From: Methanococcus maripaludis
GTDB taxonomy: Archaea > AGJL01 > Methanococci > Methanococcales > Methanococcaceae
DNA: 32,000 bases
Direction: 5' to 3'
Assembly: GCF_002945325.1 (NCBI RefSeq)
Contig: NZ_CP026606.1
Location: 810,001 to 842,000, forward strand
Shown here: positions 25,155-32,000 of the stretch, piece after piece
Layout: each line of letters opens with the position of its first letter
Position numbering within the stretch: position 1 is the stretch's first letter
Made by a program: the position numbers and the translations under genes
Notes under the pieces: model-generated
The model's input: only the letters and a program-made list of their open reading frames with translations
The model's database searches: none
What the model was told of the DNA's origin: nothing

Positions 25155-28124
25155 ATGCAAACGATTAATGCTGAAAACAACGAAAAAATATACAGAATTG
25201 AGATAGATACGAAAGAAAAAAGTTCTGAAGCAAAAGTAATCGAAAAAAAGCTATCTGAACTTGGATACAGTGTATCAGCAGATGTAAGTAAGGTCTACAC
25301 GATAAATTACGATTTTTCAATTGCGGATGTTGAAAAAATTGCAGATTCACTCCACAATCCAGTAACTGAAACACCAAGGATAAATGTTCCGTCAAATAAT
25401 AAATTCGACTGGGCACTTGAACTTGGATTTTTACCCGGGGTTACGGATAACGTTGCAAACACGACCACTGAAATCATTAACGATCTTTTAAAAATCGATA
25501 TTGGACTCAGCAAGGTATTTTCATCAAAAGTAGTATATTTAAGCGGAAATTTAGCGAAACACGACGTTGAAAAAATTGCAGAAGAACTTATCAACATTTT
25601 AATCGAGAGATACCACATAAAAACCTATGATAATTACGTTAAAGACTGCGGAATGGACTACATTATCCCAAAAGTAAATTTAACGTCTGAACCAAAAGTT
25701 ATTGAAATCAGTCTAAATGTCAGCGACGATGAATTAATCGAAATCGGTAAAAAGGGAATATTGGATCCAGAAACTGGCGAAAGAAGAGGCCCTCTTGCAC
25801 TCGATCTTGATTACATTACCGCAATAAAAGAATACTACCAAAAAGAAGGTAGAAATCCAACAGATATCGAATTAGAAGCACTTGCTCAGACATGGTCTGA
25901 ACACTGTAAACACACTATTTTCGCTTCCCAAATCGATGATATCGAAGAAGGAATCTTTAAAAAGTACATAAGAAATGCTACAAATGAAATAAGGGAAGAA
26001 CTCGGTGAAAAAGACTTCTGTATTTCAGTATTTTCTGATAACTCCGGTGGAATCATCTTTGACGATGAATGGATGGTAACTGACAAAGCAGAAACCCACA
26101 ACAGCCCTTCAGCACTTGACCCATTTGGTGGTGCAATTACAGGAATCGTTGGAGTTAACAGGGATACAGTAGGATTTGGTCTTGGAGCACTTCCTGTTGC
26201 AAACAAATACGGATTCTGCGTTGGAAGGCCAGAAGATACGGAAATAATTTACAGGGGTCAGAATAAATCAAACCCATCACTTCTTCCAAGAAGAATACTC
26301 GATGGAATCGTTCATGGCGTAAATGTTGGTGGAAACCAGTCCGGAATCCCTACACCTAACGGATTTGTCTACTTTGATGATACTTACAAAGGAAAACCTC
26401 TCGTATTCGTTGGAACTATCGGTTTAATTCCAAGAAAACTTCCAGACGGAAGATTAAGCCATGAAAAATCGGCTGAAAATGGAGATAACATTGTAATTAT
26501 CGGTGGAAGAGTTGGAAAAGATGGAATTCACGGTGCAACTTTCTCCTCAGAAGCAATGGACGAAGGAAGCCCTGCAACAGCAGTTCAGATTGGAGACCCA
26601 ATTACTCAGAAAAAACTCTCTGATGCAGTGATCAAGGAAGCAAGAGATAAAGGAATCTACAACAGTATTACCGACAACGGTGCAGGAGGAATTTCCTGTT
26701 CAGTTGCAGAAATGGCTGAAGAATGCGGCGGTTTCGTTGTAGAACTTGAAGAAGTTCCTTTAAAATACCCTGGACTTGAACCTTGGGAAATCTGGATAAG
26801 TGAATCACAAGAAAGAGTTACACTATCCGTTCCAGACGATAAATTAGAAGAATTCATGGATTTAATGAAAATAAGAGGCGTTGAAGCTGTTGTGATTGGT
26901 AAATTTAACAATACCGATAGAGCAGTTGTAAACTACAACGGAAAGACCATAATGGATTTAGAAATGGACTTTTTGCACAATGGACTTCCAAAAAGAAAAT
27001 TAATAACAAAACCATATTCCTACAGGACTGAAGAACCAGAAATTACTGTTGAAAACCAGTTGGAAACTTTTGAAAAAATACTTGGAAACCATAACAACTG
27101 TAGCTTTGAGTACATTTCAAAACAGTACGACCACGAAGTACAGAATAATTCAGTAATAAAACCACTTCAAGGAAAAGGAAGAGTAAATGGAACTGCTTCA
27201 GTTATAAGGCCTCTTTTGAGTAGCCATAAAGGGCTTGTAATGAGCCAATCGCTTCTCCCAAGATTAAGCGAAATCAGCTGCTATGATATGGCAGCATGTG
27301 CCATGGATACTGCAATTAGAAATTGTGTTGCAGTTGGCGGAAATATAAACCATATCGCGATAATGGACAATTTCTGCTGGTGCAGCTCAGATGAGCCTGA
27401 AAGACTATACCAGTTAAAAGATGCTGCAAAATCATGCTACGATTATGCGAAAATCTATCTTACCCCATTGATTTCAGGAAAAGACAGTATGTTTAACGAT
27501 TTCAAAGGATTTGATGAAAATAACAACCCGATTAAAATTTCAGTGCACCCCACATTGATGATGTCGGCTCTTGGTGTAATCGATAACGTGGATAACACAA
27601 ATTCAATGGATTTAAAATTGAAAGACGATTTAATTTACGTTATTGGGGAAACTAAAGACGAATGCGGTGGAAGTGAATTCTACCATGCATTTGGCGAAGT
27701 TGGTGGAAAATCTCCAAAAGTCGATGCAAAATCAGCTAGAAGATTGTACGAAAAAATGTACGAATTAAGCCAAAATGGAATATTTAGCTCATGTGCATCA
27801 GTTGCTGCTGGAGGACTTGTAATTACACTTGCAAAAATGGCAATTTCAGGTTGCCTCGGATTAGAAGCTGATTTATCAAAAGCTCCAAATGAAAATCTTG
27901 AATTTGAAAAAATCATGTATTCTGAAACACAATCAAGATTTATAGTTACTATTGCTCCTGAAAATGAAAAAGAATTTGAAAATTTAATGAAAGAATTCAA
28001 AGTCGGAAAAATCGGAAAAGTTACCGAAAAAGAATTCGTAATTAAGAATAATGAAAATATTGTGATAACTTCAAGCCTTGAAAACATGGACGAAGTGTAC
28101 AGAAGTAGATTTGAGGATTTCTAG
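25155..28124 (+). CDS. purL: phosphoribosylformylglycinamidine synthase, synthetase subunit (long form)
   Basis: 989 aa; TWSEHCKHT, ETHNSPSALDPFGGAITGIVGVNRD, GISCSVAEMAEECGG, ISGKDSMFNDF, SVAAGGLVITLAKMAISG. Confidence 0.95.
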   Translation: MQTINAENNEKIYRIEIDTKEKSSEAKVIEKKLSELGYSVSADVSKVYTINYDFSIADVEKIADSLHNPVTETPRINVPSNNKFDWALELGFLPGVTDNVANTTTEIINDLLKIDIGLSKVFSSKVVYLSGNLAKHDVEKIAEELINILIERYHIKTYDNYVKDCGMDYIIPKVNLTSEPKVIEISLNVSDDELIEIGKKGILDPETGERRGPLALDLDYITAIKEYYQKEGRNPTDIELEALAQTWSEHCKHTIFASQIDDIEEGIFKKYIRNATNEIREELGEKDFCISVFSDNSGGIIFDDEWMVTDKAETHNSPSALDPFGGAITGIVGVNRDTVGFGLGALPVANKYGFCVGRPEDTEIIYRGQNKSNPSLLPRRILDGIVHGVNVGGNQSGIPTPNGFVYFDDTYKGKPLVFVGTIGLIPRKLPDGRLSHEKSAENGDNIVIIGGRVGKDGIHGATFSSEAMDEGSPATAVQIGDPITQKKLSDAVIKEARDKGIYNSITDNGAGGISCSVAEMAEECGGFVVELEEVPLKYPGLEPWEIWISESQERVTLSVPDDKLEEFMDLMKIRGVEAVVIGKFNNTDRAVVNYNGKTIMDLEMDFLHNGLPKRKLITKPYSYRTEEPEITVENQLETFEKILGNHNNCSFEYISKQYDHEVQNNSVIKPLQGKGRVNGTASVIRPLLSSHKGLVMSQSLLPRLSEISCYDMAACAMDTAIRNCVAVGGNINHIAIMDNFCWCSSDEPERLYQLKDAAKSCYDYAKIYLTPLISGKDSMFNDFKGFDENNNPIKISVHPTLMMSALGVIDNVDNTNSMDLKLKDDLIYVIGETKDECGGSEFYHAFGEVGGKSPKVDAKSARRLYEKMYELSQNGIFSSCASVAAGGLVITLAKMAISGCLGLEADLSKAPNENLEFEKIMYSETQSRFIVTIAPENEKEFENLMKEFKVGKIGKVTEKEFVIKNNENIVITSSLENMDEVYRSRFEDF

Positions 28125-28943
28125 GTGATAAAAGTGGTTCCAAAAGTACTTGTAATGTCTGGATACGGCATAAATTGTGAAACAGAAACCGCCCACGCAT
28201 TCCAAAAAGCTGGTGCAGAAACGGACATTGTCCACATCAACGATTTAATCGCCGGAAAAAAGAAAATGGCAGATTATGAAATAATCATGTTTCCAGGAGG
28301 GTTCTCATATGGGGACGATACAGGATCGGGTAACGCATTTGCAAACAAAATTAAAAATAACCTATTTGACGATTTAAAAGAATTTATTAATTCTGGAAAA
28401 TTGATTTTAGGAATATGTAACGGATTTCAGGTAATGACCAATTTAGGACTATTTGCACTTCCTTCCACAGATTACGGGGAAAGAATTAGCGCACTTGAAG
28501 CTAATACTAATAATAGATATGAATGCAGATGGGTGCACATTAAAGAAAACGAATCAATTTGCGTGTTTACAAAAGGAATAGACATAACACACGTTCCGAT
28601 TGCCCATGGTGAAGGTAGATTCTACTGCGATGAAAAAACTTACCTTGAATTAAAAGAAAATAAGCAGATTGTATTTAGCTACTGTGATTCTGAAGGAAAT
28701 CCTGCTAATGGGGAGTACCCGTTAAATCCAAACGGAGCTTACTATGATATCGCAGGAATATGTGATAAAACCGGTAGAATATTTGGTTTAATGCCTCACC
28801 CTGAAAGGTCACTTTATTCAATAAGTGAACCAGAATATCAACTTAAAAAAGAAATTGCTAAACGAAATGGAGATACAGTTTCAGAATTTATCGAAAGTAA
28901 CCTCCAAATATTTAAAAACGCGGTTGAATACTTCAATAAATAA
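28125..28943 (+). CDS. purQ: phosphoribosylformylglycinamidine synthase, glutaminase subunit
   Basis: 272 aa from GTG adjacent to the purL stop; FPGGFSYGDDTGSG, LILGICNGFQVMT, IAHGEGRF, GLMPHPERS. Confidence 0.93.
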   Translation: MIKVVPKVLVMSGYGINCETETAHAFQKAGAETDIVHINDLIAGKKKMADYEIIMFPGGFSYGDDTGSGNAFANKIKNNLFDDLKEFINSGKLILGICNGFQVMTNLGLFALPSTDYGERISALEANTNNRYECRWVHIKENESICVFTKGIDITHVPIAHGEGRFYCDEKTYLELKENKQIVFSYCDSEGNPANGEYPLNPNGAYYDIAGICDKTGRIFGLMPHPERSLYSISEPEYQLKKEIAKRNGDTVSEFIESNLQIFKNAVEYFNK

Positions 28944-29075
28944 TTAAAACCCCATTTAATATTCCAATACTCTTTTTAATGATTTTTCGATACATTAATT
29001 TGAAATTTTAACTTTTTTCAGAAATTTATAAATAATTCCGCCCACATATTTTAAATTTATAACTAAAAGGGGGAT

Positions 29076-29438
29076 TTGATGGAAAACTGGAAATTAAGCC
29101 ACACTACAAAATGCTACAGTTGCGGAAAAATTGCAGATCAAATTATTGAAATTTATCCAAATCAAGCGTTAGTCAAATGCAGTAATTGCAATGCTACAAG
29201 ATACTACGTTATTAAAAAAGCCGATATTGAAGATGAAAACAGTTTAAAAGAAGAAGTAGGCGTTAAAAGAAAATACGATAACTGGGTACTTCAAAAAGAC
29301 ATTGACTGTGCCAGATGTGGCCATTTTGGTCCGCAAGACATACTAATCACCGAAAATGGGATATATGTTCGGTGCAGACACTGTGGATTTACACGATACT
29401 ACCGATACCACATTCACGACCCTGTCGGAGGGAAATAA
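29076..29438 (+). CDS. small protein with two zinc-ribbon-like Cys clusters, 120 aa
   Basis: CYSCGK...CSNC and CARCGHFG...CRHCG. Confidence 0.75.
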   Translation: MMENWKLSHTTKCYSCGKIADQIIEIYPNQALVKCSNCNATRYYVIKKADIEDENSLKEEVGVKRKYDNWVLQKDIDCARCGHFGPQDILITENGIYVRCRHCGFTRYYRYHIHDPVGGK

Positions 29439-29550
29439 ATATAGTTAAATGATACCTGATAACCAAAAGATATATATAGAACTTCAAATGAATACTAAGT
29501 CAAATATTAAATTTAAATGTTTATTGAATTATACTTTGTGAGGTGGATTT

Positions 29551-31917
29551 ATGGTAGATTTAATGGTCGCAGAAGCCTACCAGGGAGATGTAGGCAAGGG
29601 AATTGTAAGAATTGATCCGCTAACGATGGAAAAACTCTCTTTAAAAGCAGGGGATGCCATAGAAATTGCAGGAAAAGAAAAAACTTACGCAACCGTTTGG
29701 AGAGGATACCTCGAAGATCAGGGAAAAGGCATCATAAGAATGGACGGTATTTTAAGACAAAATACTAAAGCCGGTATTGGGGATAAAGTAAAAATTACCG
29801 TCGTTGAAGTAAAAGAAGCTAAAAAAATAACACTCGCACCTATGCAAGCTGTAAGATTCAGTACAGGGTTTGAAAGCTATGTTGGAAGCAGACTTGTAGA
29901 ACAGGTCGTAGATAAAGGTTCCAAAGTTGTAATTGGAGTTTTGGGAACCGCATTTCCATTCATTGTAACTGGAACTACTCCAAAAGGACCAGTAAAAATT
30001 AATGAATATACCCAAATTGAATTAAAAACCGAACCAGTTACAGAATTAAAGGAAACCAAAGTTCCAAACGTAACTTACGAAGATATCGGTGGTTTAAAAG
30101 AAGAAGTCAAAAAAATCAGGGAAATGGTAGAACTTCCAATGAGATACCCTGAATTATTTGATAAACTTGGTATTGAACCGCCAAAAGGAGTATTACTTGC
30201 AGGACCTCCAGGAACTGGAAAAACTCTGCTTGCAAAAGCTGTTGCAAATGAAGCCGGAGCTAACTTCTACACGATAAACGGCCCCGAAATAATGAGTAAA
30301 TACGTCGGTGAAACCGAAGAAAATTTAAGGAAAATATTTGAAGAAGCTGAAGAAAATTCGCCTTCAATTATATTTATCGATGAAATCGATGCAGTTGCTC
30401 CAAAAAGGGACGAAGCAAGCGGTGAAGTTGAAAGAAGAATGGTTGCCCAGCTTTTAACACTGATGGACGGCCTTGAAAGTAGAGGTCAGCTCGTAATTCT
30501 CGCAGCTACAAACAGACCTGATTCAATCGATATGGCTTTGAGAAGACCTGGAAGACTTGACAGGGAAATTACGATTGGAATTCCCGATAGACACGGTAGA
30601 AACGAGATTTTGCAGATACATACAAGAAATATGCCACTTCAACCAGATTATGAAAAATCTGATGTAATTTCAATATTAAATGAACTTGTTGGAGAATATG
30701 ATAGGAGCAAAATCGAAAGCCTTGTCAAATTAGTCGAAAAAGCGTCATCAGAAGAAGAAATCGAAAAAATATTAAAAGATGGCGAAGTAGAGGACAAAGT
30801 AAAAGTAAAATTAAATCAATTAATGGTAAAAGAACTTGCAGACAAAACCCACGGTTTTGCTGGTGCTGATTTGGCCGCCCTTTCAAAAGAAGCTGCAATG
30901 AAAACTTTAAGAAGATTCCTGCCTGACATCGACCTTGAAAAAGAAGAAATTCCTCGAGAAGTACTTGATAAAATTAAAGTAACTAAAGAAGACTTTGTGG
31001 GCGGTTTGAAAGAAGTAGAACCTTCTGCATTGAGAGAAGTATTGGTAGAAGTTCCAAATATCAAGTGGAGTGATGTTGGAGGTCTTGAAGATATTAAACA
31101 GGATTTAAAAGAAGCTGTTGAATGGCCAATTAAAAATAAAGAAATGTTTGAAAGAATGGGAATAAGGCCCCCAAAGGGAGTTTTACTCTTTGGTCCACCT
31201 GGAACTGGAAAAACATTGCTTGCAAAAGCTGTTGCAAATGAAAGTGAAGCAAATTTCATCAGCGTCAAAGGCCCAGAAATATTCAGCAAATGGGTAGGAG
31301 AAAGCGAAAAAGCAATCCGTGAAATATTTAGAAAAGCAAGACAAGCTGCTCCAACAGTTATATTCTTTGATGAAATCGATTCAGTCGCTCCAAAAAGAGG
31401 AATGGACTTTGGAAGTAGCGGTGTTACTGAAAAAGTTGTAAATCAGCTTTTAACAGAACTTGATGGTCTTGAAGAACCTAAAGATGTAGTGATAATTGCT
31501 GCAACAAACAGGCCCGACATATTAGATCAGGCACTTTTAAGGCCTGGAAGACTCGATAGAATTGTATTAGTTCCTATTCCTAATGAAACAGCAAGACTTG
31601 AGATATTTAAAGTTCACACTAAAGGAATGCCTATTGGAAAAGACGTGAACCTTGAAAAACTTGCAAAAGAAACTAAAGGATATACTGGTGCAGATATAGA
31701 AGCAGTTTGTAGAGAAGCTGCAATGATTGCATTAAGGGAAAATATAAATTCAGAACATGTCGAATCTAGACACTTTGACGGTGCTTTTAAAAGAATTGCA
31801 CCTTCTGTAAAAGATGAAGATATGGATGAATACAAAGACCTCGCAAAAGAATACGGTCAAAACGCAGGCGTATCCGAGATTGAAAAAGGCCCTGAAAATA
31901 CCGGATACCACAGATAA
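29551..31917 (+). CDS. CDC48/VCP-type AAA+ ATPase
   Basis: 788 aa; N-terminal CDC48 double-psi barrel region, two AAA modules each with GPPGTGKT ([32 protein letters not shown]) and Walker [15 protein letters not shown] / [14 protein letters not shown]. Confidence 0.97.
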   Translation: MVDLMVAEAYQGDVGKGIVRIDPLTMEKLSLKAGDAIEIAGKEKTYATVWRGYLEDQGKGIIRMDGILRQNTKAGIGDKVKITVVEVKEAKKITLAPMQAVRFSTGFESYVGSRLVEQVVDKGSKVVIGVLGTAFPFIVTGTTPKGPVKINEYTQIELKTEPVTELKETKVPNVTYEDIGGLKEEVKKIREMVELPMRYPELFDKLGIEPPKGVLLAGPPGTGKTLLAKAVANEAGANFYTINGPEIMSKYVGETEENLRKIFEEAEENSPSIIFIDEIDAVAPKRDEASGEVERRMVAQLLTLMDGLESRGQLVILAATNRPDSIDMALRRPGRLDREITIGIPDRHGRNEILQIHTRNMPLQPDYEKSDVISILNELVGEYDRSKIESLVKLVEKASSEEEIEKILKDGEVEDKVKVKLNQLMVKELADKTHGFAGADLAALSKEAAMKTLRRFLPDIDLEKEEIPREVLDKIKVTKEDFVGGLKEVEPSALREVLVEVPNIKWSDVGGLEDIKQDLKEAVEWPIKNKEMFERMGIRPPKGVLLFGPPGTGKTLLAKAVANESEANFISVKGPEIFSKWVGESEKAIREIFRKARQAAPTVIFFDEIDSVAPKRGMDFGSSGVTEKVVNQLLTELDGLEEPKDVVIIAATNRPDILDQALLRPGRLDRIVLVPIPNETARLEIFKVHTKGMPIGKDVNLEKLAKETKGYTGADIEAVCREAAMIALRENINSEHVESRHFDGAFKRIAPSVKDEDMDEYKDLAKEYGQNAGVSEIEKGPENTGYHR

Positions 31918-32000
31918 ATAAAAAAATGATTTAATATCATTTTAATTTTCATTTATTAGTTTTAAAACAATTTTTTTAATGTGTTTAAAGTATTTTGGGT

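Noticed and set aside
25165-28087. Several 83-135 aa minus-strand ORFs inside purL
   Set aside because: Antisense to a well-supported 989-aa PurL.
30816-31835. 157-aa and 73-aa minus-strand ORFs inside the CDC48-type gene
   Set aside because: Antisense to strongly conserved AAA modules.

Overview
Methanogen (Methanococcus maripaludis-like, by gene content and base composition) chromosomal window with two halves. Right half (about 18.7-32 kb) is an ordinary housekeeping segment: tRNA-Leu(UAA), dph2, thiC, YrdC/Sua5-type tRNA N6-threonylcarbamoyladenosine enzyme, an MTAP-family phosphorylase, ribK, ribB, ribC, purL, purQ, a zinc-ribbon protein and a CDC48/VCP-type AAA ATPase. Left half (1-18.7 kb) is an accessory island. 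It starts with an MCM helicase operon containing small element-type genes (integrated replicon signature) and ends at the 3' end of tRNA-Leu. The island carries a dense set of defence-like genes: a SIR2-domain protein coupled to a small prepilin-like membrane peptide, a 585-aa multi-TM protein with a large soluble domain, an AbiJ-NTD/HEPN-like protein, a rhomboid protease translationally coupled to a 381-aa membrane protein, an OLD-type ATPase/TOPRIM nuclease, and a RelE/RHH toxin-antitoxin pair. Three observations stand out. (1) A family of 11 palindromic sites around ATTTTGTATATACAAAAT sits in duplicated non-coding tails of paralogous winged-helix genes, and these tails bracket the SIR2 cassette. 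(2) A ~60-bp conserved leader is present upstream of the 585-aa membrane gene, the TM/rhomboid operon and the OLD nuclease, suggesting one co-regulated system. (3) The rhomboid plus membrane protein pair lies inside a defence cluster. All functional statements about novelty are inference and need homology searches or experiments.
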